Assembly (NCBI GenBank): GCA_965261595.1
Contig: CBDHDG010000006.1
Location: 256,001 to 320,000 of the forward strand
Source: a bacterium
GTDB taxonomy: Bacteria; UBA8248; JACPRG01; G963555815
Length of the DNA: 64,000 nt
Direction: 5' to 3'
Part shown: in pieces, positions 31,190 to 42,054 of the stretch
Numbering within the stretch: position 1 is the stretch's first letter
Layout: each line of letters opens with the position of its first letter
The notes under the pieces: generated by a model
Seen by the model: the letters and a program-made list of their open reading frames with translations, nothing else
Told to the model about the DNA's origin: nothing
Database searches by the model: none
Translations under genes and position numbers: made by a program

Positions 31190-31760
31190 GCTGACCTCCG
31201 TCGAATCGGGAAGCCCCCGCCATTTGAGGCCGAACAAACGCCGGGCGTTCCGGTAAGCGACTCCGCGCGCCGTCTCCAGGCACAGGAGGGGAAGCAAACC
31301 GGCGCGCGGACCATGCGTATTGCCCTCTCATGCTCCTCGGGGCTGTGGGCGTCGGTCCCAATCATAAAGCGGTCCGGAAAGTCCTCGATTAGCCGGAGCC
31401 AGGCGGCGGCCGGCCCCGCCAAGTCGAAGCTCATCCGCCTGGGGAAGCGTTCGATCAAACGAATCCGGAGGACGGGCGGATAGCGGAAGGAAAGCTCACA
31501 AAAGAGATTCGGGTTCAGGGCGAGGAGGGGGCGCACATCCGCCGCCGCGGCGTTTGACCCGCAGTGATTCCAGAGAACGCGCCCGCGGCGGTCACTCGCC
31601 AGCAAACGCTCCAGCCGGGCCGCGCTGTCCGGGTCGGCATCCATATAAATGGTAGGGAACCGCCGGATTGGCATCGATCAATCTACTCTTTTCATCCGGA
31701 CCTTCACTGGTGATCAAACTTTTTCCGATCATCAGCGTCGTCGCTGGTTGGGAAAAATAA
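31190..31760 (-). pseudogene. Degraded amidohydrolase-family gene
   Basis: LWNHCG, NPNLFCELS, FPDRFMIGTD, then AYRNARRLF in another frame; 5' part decayed. Confidence 0.65.
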
Positions 31761-32161
31761 AATCGGGCGGTGGCCAGCGACACCTCCAGAATAAACCCAA
31801 GAAGGCAGGCCGCGAGGTTGTGATAAAATCGCCGCAGTCGATTTTTCGCGTCATTTGGTTTGACTCCCCTATTCTGTTCGGCATGAGCGGAGAAGCGTTC
31901 CCGGACCGAAACCGGCGTGTGAAATCATCCCCGCCTCACGCGCGGAATTTGATTGTGAAGGGTTTCGTTGATGTCCTTCGGACCTCAGACCATTATGCGG
32001 GCAATCAGGGGGCGGAATCGAGGTCCCGCCGGCCGACTAGTTGATTGGCGGGTTGCCGGACAGGTCTCCTCGACGGCGTTCGCCGCTTTGGACGCCTCAA
32101 GCGACATTTTCGCGGACCTGTTCAACAGAGTGTATCACCGCTCGGCGGACTCGTGGATCCC

Positions 32162-34401
32162 ATGAGCCGATGGAAAAACCCGCGGGGCGGCGATTCGCCG
32201 GACGCATCGTCCATCACGACACGTGAATCCATTCGCCTGGCCGGGTTGCAAGGCGCGCTCTTCGGTCTCTTTCTCGGGCTCGTTGAACCCTACCTGATTC
32301 TCTTTCTGACTTTCTTTCAGCCGCATCTGGCAACGCGAGCGAGTGTCTTCCACCTCATCACAATCTCGGTGGTTACGAACGTGGTTGTCTGCGCGGTTCT
32401 CGCGGTTCTCGCGGCATGGGCCGCCCATGGATGGCGTCTGCTCCGGAAGAAAAACACGACCCGGGCCTTTATCGTCTCCGTATGTTGGGCCGTCTTGATC
32501 GTGTTGTTTCTACATTTCGCGGTCTCGGGTTACCTCAATCCGAAATTTCGATTCGCGCCGCATGGCACCTGGTTGAACCTGGCGATGAAGGGGCTCCTCC
32601 CTTTGGCGGCGGTTGGCCTTGGGCTTTTCCTGCACCCCTGGCTGGCTACTCGACGTAAGCACCACTTCCTTCTTCCGATCGGTTGTCACGGCGGGCGGCC
32701 TCGTCCTGTCGATGGGCTTGGCTCCGCTGCAAGTTCGGCGTGGTGGAAGAGCCGTTTCGGGGTCAGACCTGGCGCCGGGTGAATTCATCCCTGGCCCGCG
32801 CACCGAACATGATCGTGATATTGGTTGACACCTTGCGGGCGGACCACCTTTCGGCTCACGGGCGCAACCGGCCCACTTCTCCGAACCTGGACCGCATCGC
32901 CGGGGAAGGCGTGCTTTTCGAAAACGCCTTCGCCCATTCCAACTGGACACCTCCATCCACGGCCACCCTGTTGACGTCCCTTTATGAATCCGTTCACGGC
33001 GTCAATCAGGTGAAAGGATTCGTCCCAAACGAAATCACATCTCTCGCGGAGGTCCTGGGCCAAGCGGGTTATACATCCGCGTTCTGGTCCGCCAACACGC
33101 TGGTGGGAGCGCGGAACAATTACACACAAGGCTTCGACTACACGGATCAGATCTCGGAAGCCTATCAGGCCATCAAAGGCCGAAACCAACTGCCCTCCTA
33201 TCAACTTTACGCATGGCGAACCATCGCCTCCCGCTCCCCCACGGTCCTGCAGGTCCTCGGCGGTTTGAACGGTTTCTTCGAGAGCCTCATCAATGAGGTC
33301 GGTCTGGACATGGGAAATCCGGTCGAGGTCGACGAAGGGCTGCTGGTGAACTCCGTCAAGACATGGGCCGGCTATTTTCGGGCAAGAAAGGCGGATTGGA
33401 TGTACGAGCGGGTTCGGGCCTATCTGTCTTACATGACCGCCCGACCCGGATACGACCCCCGGCGGAACAAGTTTTTCCTCTATTTGCACTATTTCGACCC
33501 CCATACGCCGTACCGCCCTCCCGGGGCGTACAAACGCAGATTCGACCCGGGGTTCAAGGGCCGTTTGGCACCGCTGAAGCCGGGGGGGAAGAAGGTGTGC
33601 CGGCAGGCGGGGGGCGGCGCGGGCGCGGGGGGGTGCTCCGTGGAGTGGTTTCCGGGCAAGGGGGATCCGCCGCTCCGGCCCCGCGAGCTTGAGAATATGG
33701 TGGCGCAGTATGATGGAGAGATCCTGTTCCTGGATCGGTTCGTTGGAAAGCTCGTCGGGCGACTGAAAAAAACGGGACTGTTCGAGAATACCCTCCTCCT
33801 CATCACCTCAGACCACGGCGAGGCGTTTTGGGAGCACAAACAGTACGGCCACGGGCAGACGGTGTATCAAGAGGAGGTGCACATTCCGTTGATGGTCACC
33901 TGGCCGCGGAGGCTGCGGAGCGGGCTTCGCGTCCGGGACCCGGTGGGTTTGGTGGACATCATGCCCACCCTTTTGGAGGCGGCCGGGATTCCTCCGGTCC
34001 CTTGCATGCAAGGCCGGTCGTTTTGGAAGGTGATGTTGGGAAAAGCCCGCCGCCGGGAGGTCTACGGGGAGACAACGGATTACGACCATGCGAAACTGTT
34101 TCTGGTTCGGGATCACCTAAAGCTGATTTACGAGCTGGAGGGGCTGTTGAGCCCCGCCCGGAGTTACCGTGTGCGGAAAAGACTCTTGTTCGACCTGAGG
34201 GACGATCCGGGAGAGCGAAAGAACCTGCTCGGCCCCAAGGGGGCCGGAAACCCACCTGTCCGGGAAGCGGAATCTCTTCAAGCGTCGATGGACCGATGGT
34301 ACAAAACCGTTCGGCGGCCATGCCGCTTCTATCAGCCAAGCGAGGCGGACACGTCGAAGGACATCGAAGATCGGCTGAAGGCATTGGGATACATTGATTA
34401 G
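32162..34401 (+). CDS. Membrane-anchored sulfatase-fold hydrolase/transferase, frameshifted at about 32650-32800
   Basis: N-terminal TM helices; VDTLRADH, NWTPPS, HYFDPH, YDGEI, TSDHGE, LKALGY. Confidence 0.85.
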
Positions 34402-34435
34402 CCGGTCCCGCCCCGCATTCCAAGGGAGGCCCGAT

Positions 34436-35050
34436 TTGCCCGCACCCGCGCGCTTGACATACATCCAGTGCGTCCACTGAGCCTGGTGCTTTCTGGCGAC
34501 CGGGCGGTTGCACGACGTGAAGAAAACCTATCGGGACCGGCTCGAGATCCGGTACAAGACCTTCCTCCTGGCCCCCACGCCGGAAGCCCGATCGCTCAGC
34601 AAGGAAGAGATCCTCGGCCATTGGGCCATGGTCAAGGAACACCCGGGGGGCGAGCGGGTCAACCCCGCGCTCATGGCGACCCGCGATTTCCCCTACCCCC
34701 ACTCCATGCCCGGCGCGGTGGCCATCAAGGCGGCCGCGGCCCAGGGCCCGGAGGCCGAAGCCCGCTACGTCGAGCGGATCGAGGAGGCCCACTTGGTGGA
34801 CTGCCTCGACATCGCCGATGATGGCGTCCTCATCGGCCTCGCCCGCGACCTCGGGCTGGACGTCCCCCGGTTCGAGGACCTCTACCGGAACGCCGATTTG
34901 GAAGGGGCCGTCCGGCGCGACCAGCAGGAGGCCTCGGAGCGGGGAATCCACTCCACCCCCACCGTCGTCCTGCCCGACGGACGCGTCGCCGTGGGCGCCC
35001 AGCCCAAAAATATTTACGAGACCATCATCCAGGAGCTTTTGGGGAGCTGA
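34436..35050 (+). CDS. DsbA/FrnE-like thioredoxin-fold selenoprotein (UxxC)
   Basis: RBS AAGGGAGG + TTG 34436; in-frame TGA 34478-34480 in H-U-A-W-C; C-terminal GIHSTPT; downstream hairpin. Confidence 0.82.
34496..34511 (+). promoter_or_regulatory. Putative bacterial SECIS
   Basis: GCGACC-GGGC-GGTTGC hairpin, G-led loop 21 nt after the UGA. Confidence 0.6.
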
Positions 35051-35057
35051 TCCGCCC

Positions 35058-35101
35058 GAATCAACCGATTCGTGGAATCCACCGATTCGTGGAATCAACC
35101 G
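35058..35101. repeat. 17-bp tandem repeat (2.6 copies) of small hairpins
   Basis: GAATC(A/C)ACCGATTCGTG units. Confidence 0.8.
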
Positions 35102-35154
35102 GCCATTCCGAGGTTATAGAGAGAAACGCCTCATTCCTGTCTCGGGAGACCAGA

Positions 35155-36297
35155 ATGATGAGATCTTTCACGACGCTGACGCTGGCGGCGGTCCTGAGTC
35201 TGGGCGCCGGGGTCGCCGGTCCGGGCGTTGAAACCGTTCTGGCCGCAGGCGACAAACCGCTCTTCTCCACTTCGGGGTGGAAGACAAACTTCAAGAAGCA
35301 TTCGGTTTCTTATAAGGAGATCCTCTCCGGAGGCCCGCCGAAGGACGGCATCCCCGCCGTGGATAAGCCGAAGTTCGTGTCCCAGGAATCGGCCGACAAG
35401 TGGGTCAAAGACATCGAGCCCGTCGTCGTCATCGAGCACCAGGGAAAGGCCAAGGCCTATCCCCTCCAGATCCTGACCTGGCACGAGATTGTCAACGACA
35501 CCCTGAACGGCCTTCCGGTGGCGGTCACCTTCTGTCCGCTCTGCAACGCGGCCATCGCCTTCGACCGCAGGCTGGACGGACGCCTGCTCGATTTCGGCAC
35601 GACCGGAAAGCTCCGGAACAGCGACCTCGTCATGTACGACCGCCAGACCGAATCGTGGTGGCAGCAGTTCACGGGCGAGGCCATCATCGGCGACCTTACC
35701 GGCAAAAAGCTGAAAATGGTCCCGGCGGCCCTCGTGGGGTTCGGCCACTTTAAGAAGTCCTATCCAGGCGCGCCGGTCCTGTCGAAAGACACCGGCCACA
35801 GGCGGCCCTACGGCCGGAATCCCTACGTCGGCTACGACAACATCAAGGGTGTCCCCTTCCTGTTCCGCGGACCGACGGACAAGCGGCTCCCGCCGATGGA
35901 GCGCATCGTGGCGGTAACCCTCGGCGACACCGACAAGGCCTACCCCTACTCGGTCCTGGCGAAACACCGCGTCGTGAATGACCGGGTGGGGCGCCGGGAC
36001 ATCGTCGTCTTTCACGCCGACGGCGCCGCCTCCGCCCTGGGCGGCGCGAAGATCGCCTCGGCCAGGGACATCGGAGCCACCGGGGTGTTCGACCCGAACC
36101 TGAATGGCCAAAAGCTGACCTTCCAACCGGACCCGAAGGGCATACGCGACGTCCAGACCGGAAGCCGCTGGAACATCCTCGGCCTTGCGGTGGACGGCCC
36201 CCTGAAGGGGAAGAGGCTGAAGCCCATCCTCCACGGCAACCACTTCGCCTTCTCGTGGTTCGCCTTCAAACCGAAAAGCGCCGTCCACCTGCCCTGA
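35155..36297 (+). CDS. DUF3179 family exported protein (CxxC)
   Basis: GGPPKDGIPA, WHEIVND, TFCPLC, GTTGKLRNSDLVMYDRQTESWWQQ. Confidence 0.88.
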   Translation: MMRSFTTLTLAAVLSLGAGVAGPGVETVLAAGDKPLFSTSGWKTNFKKHSVSYKEILSGGPPKDGIPAVDKPKFVSQESADKWVKDIEPVVVIEHQGKAKAYPLQILTWHEIVNDTLNGLPVAVTFCPLCNAAIAFDRRLDGRLLDFGTTGKLRNSDLVMYDRQTESWWQQFTGEAIIGDLTGKKLKMVPAALVGFGHFKKSYPGAPVLSKDTGHRRPYGRNPYVGYDNIKGVPFLFRGPTDKRLPPMERIVAVTLGDTDKAYPYSVLAKHRVVNDRVGRRDIVVFHADGAASALGGAKIASARDIGATGVFDPNLNGQKLTFQPDPKGIRDVQTGSRWNILGLAVDGPLKGKRLKPILHGNHFAFSWFAFKPKSAVHLP

Positions 36298-36339
36298 GCC
36301 TTTTTTTGACAAAAGCAACGGCCCCATGGCCCACGGGGG

Positions 36340-36816
36340 TCAGTCCCGCCGCAGAAGAATCCGGAACACCAGAACATGGCTCACCAGGAGCGCGGGCACG
36401 ATGACCGTGGGGATGTAATACGCGGGTCCCAATTGTGCGATCACTCCCAGGCGCGTCCCCTGAAACACCGCGTACAGCAAGTCCAGCGTTCCCTCGATGT
36501 TGAAGACCCAGACGAGGGGGAGCGCAAGAACAGAGCCGGCTCGCAAGAAACCCAGGGCGATGAGCGCGAGGATCGCCGCGGCCAGGTCCCCGTACGCGGC
36601 GGGGTTCGCAAACGCCCCGGGCAGGCTTGGAGAAACCACCCCCGGCACCAGGAAAATCAGACCGACGTACCGGAAGGCGTGAAAAAGCAAAAAGGGCGTG
36701 AGCGCCGCCTCCCTGGGCATCGCTTTCAGGCGCGGCGCGATGTACCACTTGGCGATCAGCCCATAGACCACCAGACTGGAAACGAAGCTGATTAAAAAGA
36801 TCAAACTATTATCCAT
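36340..36816 (-). CDS. Integral membrane protein
   Basis: Five hydrophobic segments; HAFRYVGL, AAYGDL, VFNIEGTLDL. Confidence 0.75.
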   Translation of the reverse strand: MDNSLIFLISFVSSLVVYGLIAKWYIAPRLKAMPREAALTPFLLFHAFRYVGLIFLVPGVVSPSLPGAFANPAAYGDLAAAILALIALGFLRAGSVLALPLVWVFNIEGTLDLLYAVFQGTRLGVIAQLGPAYYIPTVIVPALLVSHVLVFRILLRRD

Positions 36817-37051
36817 GGGATTCCCCTCCTATGGGTCGGTAGGTTTTCATCGAACCATCGGGCGCGCCACGCAATTCAGCAACCGTCTTAATCAACGGGG
36901 AGCCGTTCAAGACAAGGACTCCGCCCACGGTCCGAAGAACGACTTCCGCGGCTTTACTCGAAATCCTGGACGACTTCGGAAAAAACCCGGAACCTCGAAC
37001 GGCTTTGGGGGACTCCTGAATCCCGACCCGGGAGGGCTTCGCGGGCAGTTG

Positions 37052-37065
37052 AGTGCATATACACT
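37052..37065. promoter_or_regulatory. Putative MarR operator (downstream copy)
   Basis: AGTGCATATACACT palindrome resembling 37531-37544. Confidence 0.55.
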
Positions 37066-37079
37066 GACATCTCAAATCA

Positions 37080-37526
37080 CTACTCCCCGCGGGTCACGTC
37101 CACCACATTCGACAAGTTTGTCAGCAAGGAATAGAACCGCTCTTCTCCCAATCCCTCGACCATGCGGACCTGCACCTCCTTCCAGATCGGGGTCGCCTTC
37201 GCCAACGCCTGACGACCCCGCTTCGTCAGCGTAACCGTCCGGGTCCGCCGGTCCTCACCCGGCACGACCTTGAGATAACCCCGCCGCTCCAACGGCTTCA
37301 GATCCCGCGTCAGGGTCGTGCGATCCATCACCAGCGCTTCGGCCAGCCGGCTGATGGTCGAAGCGCCAAGCCGCCTCAAGACCGCAAGGATGCTGAACTG
37401 GGTGACCCGGAGCCCGACCGCTTGCAGCGCCCGGTCGTAGGATTGCGTGACCGCGCGCCCCGCCTTTCTCAGGTTGAAGCACACGCAGGCCTTCCGTTCC
37501 ATCAGGGGGGTTGATTGATTCATCAT
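37080..37526 (-). CDS. MarR family regulator
   Basis: CVCFNLRKAGR, TQFSIL, MDRTTLTR, DRR wing. Confidence 0.93.
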   Translation of the reverse strand: MMNQSTPLMERKACVCFNLRKAGRAVTQSYDRALQAVGLRVTQFSILAVLRRLGASTISRLAEALVMDRTTLTRDLKPLERRGYLKVVPGEDRRTRTVTLTKRGRQALAKATPIWKEVQVRMVEGLGEERFYSLLTNLSNVVDVTRGE

Positions 37527-37530
37527 ATTA

Positions 37531-37561
37531 TGAGTATATACACCTATTTATAACCTGTCAA
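37531..37561 (-). promoter_or_regulatory. Sigma70 promoter with overlapping operator; probably leaderless marR mRNA
   Basis: TTGACA-17bp-TATACT ending 6 bp before ATG; GTGTATATACTC palindrome on the -10. Confidence 0.7.
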
Positions 37562-37625
37562 GCGCTTTTTCGATCACCGGGCGACGCCGGGGCCGGTCGG
37601 CCCTTCAAGAGGACGGAGGGGATTT

Positions 37626-39134
37626 TCAGGACTGTAGGGCCGGCCGCGGAGCGATTTTCAAGAGCAGAAAGATCCGCTGGTCTCCCCGCTGAATGAGGAG
37701 GAGGGTCTCCCCGCCCTTCAACCCCTGAAGGATTTCCCGCATTCCCTTTTCGGACCGGACGGCCTGCAAACCGATGGAGCGAACGATGTCTCCGCGTCTC
37801 ACTCCGGCCCGGTCCGCGGCGCTTCCGGGGTCCACGGCGCCGACAATCAGGCCGGCCGGGTCTTCGAGCCCCAGCCGGGAGGCCATGGAGGGTGAGAGCG
37901 GGCGAAGGTCCAACCCAAAGGGCGGGTGAGCCGGCTTGGCCGGTTTGGACGGACCGATTTTGGAAGTCGTCCGGGATTCCCGCAGCTCCCGGACCATTAC
38001 CGGGATCACCAGGCTCTCTCCGCCGCGAAAGACCTGAAGGGGCGTGGGCGCTCCGATCCCCGCCCGCGCCAAGGCCCTTCCGAAATCCTGGCTCCCCCGC
38101 AGGGGGAGACCGCCCAGGGACAAAATCACATCACCGGCCCGAAGGCCCGCCCGCCCGGCCGGCCCCCCTTCCCGGACGCGGGCGATCAGAACCCCTCCCT
38201 TCCCCGCCCGTGGAAGTCTGAAATAGCGCGCCAGCTCCGGGTCCATCTCCTGAATCGAGACTCCGATCCAACCCCGCCGGACCCGGCCGTGCGCGCGAAG
38301 GTCGGGGAGCAGGCGCCTCACCAGATTGATGGGGATGGCGAAGCCGATCCCGGGCGCGCCCGAGACGACGGCCGTGTTCACGCCGATGACCTCTCCCCGA
38401 AGGTTCAAAAGCGGTCCGCCGCTGTTGCCCCTGTGGATGGGGGCGTCTGTCTGGAGGTATCCGCTGAAGATCGCGCCCTCCAGCGCCCTCCCCTTCGCGC
38501 TCAGGATTCCGGCCGTCACGGTCTCCTCCAGACCGAAGGGGTTTCCGATCGCCAGGACCCAATCGCCGACGCGGGCCCCGGCGGAATCACCGAGGCGCGC
38601 GCCCGGCAGCGATTTTTTCGAATGAATCCGCAGCAGGGCCAGGTCCGTCAGGGGGTCCGCGCCGACCAGGCTCGCCTGCCGCCACTCGCCTCAGTAGAGC
38701 CTGACCCGAATCTCGGCGGCGCCCTCGACAACGTGGTGGTTCGTCAGGATCTCTCCCCGGGCGCCGATGAGGAAGCCCATCCCGGTTCCCCCCTCCCCCC
38801 CTCCTCCCCCGAAAGAGGGCCTTTCGCCCGCCGCGGTCTCGGCCGGGCCGGCCGCGTCCCGGTTTTCAAACATCCGGTCGAAGAACTCTCTCAGGTCGGT
38901 CGACAGCCCGCCCCTTCTCGCCCGGACGCCCGGGTTTCGGGTGCTGACGTGCACCACCGAGGGCCGGAGCCCGTCGGCCAGCCCGGCGAAACCGGGCGGG
39001 GCCGCCCGCCGCGCCCTTCCTTCCACGGGAGGGGGGCCTTGCCCCGCGCGCGGCGGCGAGAGAGGCCCCGCGGCGCAGGACCCGAGCACCCAGCCCGAGA
39101 GCGCGAATGCCGCCCAACGGGCGGCGTTGGACAT
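37626..39134 (-). pseudogene. HtrA/DegP-like serine protease with two PDZ domains; in-frame TGA at 38691-38693
   Basis: Lipobox LGSC; TNHHVV, TDLALL, GNSGGP in one frame across the stop. Confidence 0.85.
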
Positions 39135-39309
39135 GGGTCGATTCGGCATTACCGAGAACCTTCCCCGTCGCCGCGGGCGCTCCGCCCTCGGCCGGATAAA
39201 AGGAAAAGCCCGAGAGCACCTGCGGGCCCTCGGGCTTGCGTTGAACGTTGAACCATCGAAACATCCCCACGCGGATGCTTCCTCCCATCGCGGCCGGACC
39301 GCAACGGGA

Positions 39310-39765
39310 TCAGGTATAGTGGCCGAGCACGAATTCCAGCTTCGTCTTCCCCTCGGGCAGGGGAACGACAATCGCCTCTTTGTCGCAGAACGCCTCGCAC
39401 AGTTGGCATCCTACACACTCCTTCTCATGCACCTTGGCCACCACCTGGACGTCTTCCCAGCCCTCGGCGTCTTCGAGGCTGATGCAATCGAACGGGCAGA
39501 TTTCGACACAGTAGTTGCAACCGTTGCACAACTCTTCGATCACAATCGCCTTGGGCATCTCTTTGGGCCGGATTCGGGGAATGACCTTCCCGTCTTCGTC
39601 CAGGATGCATTCCACCGGGCAAAAGCGGCCGCAGACATCGCAGTCGATGCACAAACCCGGGTCGATGACGTACAACTGGTCCCGCCGGCCGGTAATCGCG
39701 TCCGTCGGGCACTTAATCTCACAGATGCTGCAACCGATACACGTATCCGCGATGAAGTGAGCCAT
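39310..39765 (-). CDS. Polyferredoxin with four [4Fe-4S] motifs
   Basis: Four CxxCxxCxxxC motifs. Confidence 0.92.
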   Translation of the reverse strand: MAHFIADTCIGCSICEIKCPTDAITGRRDQLYVIDPGLCIDCDVCGRFCPVECILDEDGKVIPRIRPKEMPKAIVIEELCNGCNYCVEICPFDCISLEDAEGWEDVQVVAKVHEKECVGCQLCEAFCDKEAIVVPLPEGKTKLEFVLGHYT

Positions 39766-39837
39766 GCGAACCTTCCGTTTTCGCGCGAGTGGTCGGGCGT
39801 AGGCGCTCCACACCGCACCTTTAACCCCACTAAGTCG

Positions 39838-39866
39838 AGTATAGGAAGGGGTGGCCGGGCTGTCAA
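39838..39866 (-). promoter_or_regulatory. Sigma70 promoter of ferredoxin gene
   Basis: TTGACA-17bp-TATACT. Confidence 0.7.
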
Positions 39867-39941
39867 CGCAGATTTCGACTTGACCCGCTCCTGTATGCCG
39901 GTCCATATTGAGAGGGTCCTATCACGGAGGAATGAGACGAC

Positions 39942-40109
39942 ATGGAACAATTTCTGGAAATCTTCCTGAAACCGGATAACATCCCGATTTCCGCGATGGT
40001 GCCAATCATCATCTTCACGATTTGGCTCTCCCTCAAACAGGCCTTCGCAAACGACAGGCTCATCAAGGCAGGCAAGAAGGATCAAATCTACGACGACATG
40101 ATGAAATAG
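39942..40109 (+). CDS. Small 55-aa membrane protein (KPDNIPI motif)
   Basis: GGAGG upstream; MEQFLEIFLKPDNIPISAMVPIIIFTIWLSLKQAFANDRLIKAGKKDQIYDDMMK; host-like codon use. Confidence 0.75.
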   Translation: MEQFLEIFLKPDNIPISAMVPIIIFTIWLSLKQAFANDRLIKAGKKDQIYDDMMK

Positions 40110-40214
40110 GGAAAATCTTCCGCTCCGGCGTCATCCCCCCCGCCCTCATGACACACCCAACGCTGTCCATCCGGGACCGGGCCGCTGTATCGGAACTGTC
40201 GGCGGAACGCACCC

Positions 40215-40760
40215 ATGCTCGGCATCATCGCAGTTTCATTGTTTCTCGGTTTCATCCTGATCTTCCTGTTGAAGCGCTCCTCCGCGCCCATCGCGATGGA
40301 AGAGGCCTTTTACCGGCAGGACGTCCCCGGAACGGCGGCGTTTGGGGAGATGATTCCGGAAGAGTTCAAAGAAATATGCGTGGACCTCGTGGAGGCCTTA
40401 GAGTTGCGGGTCCAATCGGTGGAGTCTGAAAAGCCGGGCGTCATCAACATCACGGCGGTCTACGACCACCCTGTTCTGGGCGGAACCTACCTGGTCAGCG
40501 GCCTCCTGTCCCCCACGGACCAAGTCGTGGACTCGGCCCCGGTCCTCGGCCTCAGCAGCGCCGTCCACCAGGAGCGCGCCATGAAGGGGATCTTCATCAC
40601 AACCGGCTTCTTCTCGCAGGAGGTGGACAAGATTGTGGAAGGGGCGCCCGTTGAATTGATCAACAGGGATCGCCTCGCCGACCTCCTGGAGGAGCATGGG
40701 ATCGCGAGAATGGAAAAACGGCTAACCGAACAGAACCCAGGAGAACACCGCGAGGAGTAA
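40215..40760 (+). CDS. Membrane-anchored Mrr-like restriction-endonuclease-fold protein
   Basis: N-terminal TM; EEFKEICVDL, KGIFITTGFFS, VELINRDRL. Confidence 0.72.
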   Translation: MLGIIAVSLFLGFILIFLLKRSSAPIAMEEAFYRQDVPGTAAFGEMIPEEFKEICVDLVEALELRVQSVESEKPGVINITAVYDHPVLGGTYLVSGLLSPTDQVVDSAPVLGLSSAVHQERAMKGIFITTGFFSQEVDKIVEGAPVELINRDRLADLLEEHGIARMEKRLTEQNPGEHREE

Positions 40761-41028
40761 CGTCAGGCCGAGACCCATCCGGACGGCGCAACCGTGCCAC
40801 CACAGATGCCGCCGCTGTGATTCTTCGGGGTCGCCCTCAGCAAAATGACGCATGTCGGCTCCTTCAGACAAAATACATTCAAATCCGCGAAGGGGCCATT
40901 GAGGCCCGAGTCAGGGGAATAAGCAAACAGATGCGCACCGTCCTGTCAAGACCATCGGGTCCGGGAAACGGCCGAGGCGGCCGGGATCGGCGCGCCCGCC
41001 CCCAGGAGACCGGACGCCGGAGGATCGC

Positions 41029-42024
41029 ATGAAGCTCGCCATCTTTGAAACCTTGCCGCAAGACCCCATCGGCCCCCGTCTGGGCCTCGTCCTGGATGAC
41101 GGGTCGGTCATCGACATGAACCTCGCGCTGACCATCGCCGAAGCCGGCCGGCGCGACCCCGGGGCCATTGCGCTGCGGACCCAATGGGCCCGAAACGGCG
41201 TCCTTGGATTCATCCGGGGCGAACAGAAGTCCGATGACGCCGCCAACCGGGTGATCGATCTCGTCCAATCCAGCCGGGAGAAAGGCGAGACGCTGAAAAG
41301 CGCGAAGGGCGCCGACGTCGTTCACCCGGCGGGCGGCGTGCGGTTTCACGCGCCCCTGCCCCGGCCGGGCAAGTTCGTCGCCATCGGCTTCAATTTCCAC
41401 GACCACATCGAGGAAAATCCGAACAAGCCCAGGGCCCGCTACCCCATGGGCTTCATTCAGGTCCCCCGGGCCATCACCGGGCACGAGGCCCCCATCGTCC
41501 ACCCCCGGCACACGAAGGAGGTGGATTACGAGGTGGAGATCGCCATCGTCATCGGCAAGGGCGGGAAGGACATCCCGGCGGAGCGGGCGATGGAGCACGT
41601 CGCCGGCTACACCATCTTCAACGACATCAGCGCCCGCGACCTTCAGCGCGGCGAGATGAAATTCGGCATGCTCTTCATGGGGAAAAACTTCGACGGCTTC
41701 GCGCCGATGGGACCGCACCTGGTCACCGCGGATGAAGTCCCCGACCCCGACGACCTGACGCTCCAGACCTGGGTCAACGACGAGCCCGATCCCCGGCAGG
41801 ACGGCAACACGCGGGACATGATCTTCAAAATGCCGGAGCTGATCTCCCACTGGTCGAAGATAACCCTCGAGCCCGGAGACATCATCTCCACGGGCACCCC
41901 ATCGGGCGTGGCGACGTTCCGCGAGCCCCGGGAGGATTATTATCTCAAACCCGGCGATACGGTGCGCTGCGTCGTGAGCCGCCTCGGCGAGCTCCGCAAC
42001 CCCATCGTGGCGGACACGGCGTAA
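41029..42024 (+). CDS. Fumarylacetoacetate hydrolase family protein
   Basis: VDYEVE, FNDISARD, GKNFD, TGTPSGV. Confidence 0.93.
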   Translation: MKLAIFETLPQDPIGPRLGLVLDDGSVIDMNLALTIAEAGRRDPGAIALRTQWARNGVLGFIRGEQKSDDAANRVIDLVQSSREKGETLKSAKGADVVHPAGGVRFHAPLPRPGKFVAIGFNFHDHIEENPNKPRARYPMGFIQVPRAITGHEAPIVHPRHTKEVDYEVEIAIVIGKGGKDIPAERAMEHVAGYTIFNDISARDLQRGEMKFGMLFMGKNFDGFAPMGPHLVTADEVPDPDDLTLQTWVNDEPDPRQDGNTRDMIFKMPELISHWSKITLEPGDIISTGTPSGVATFREPREDYYLKPGDTVRCVVSRLGELRNPIVADTA

Positions 42025-42054
42025 ACCGAAAGGCGCGGCGGACCCTTCTGTCGG

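Noticed and set aside
35058..35101. Possible mini CRISPR array
   Set aside because: Units are 17 bp and contiguous with no spacers; no cas genes in the window
38691..38693. In-frame TGA in HtrA as selenocysteine
   Set aside because: The position is not a Cys or catalytic site and the downstream hairpin is weak; a nonsense mutation or sequencing error is more likely
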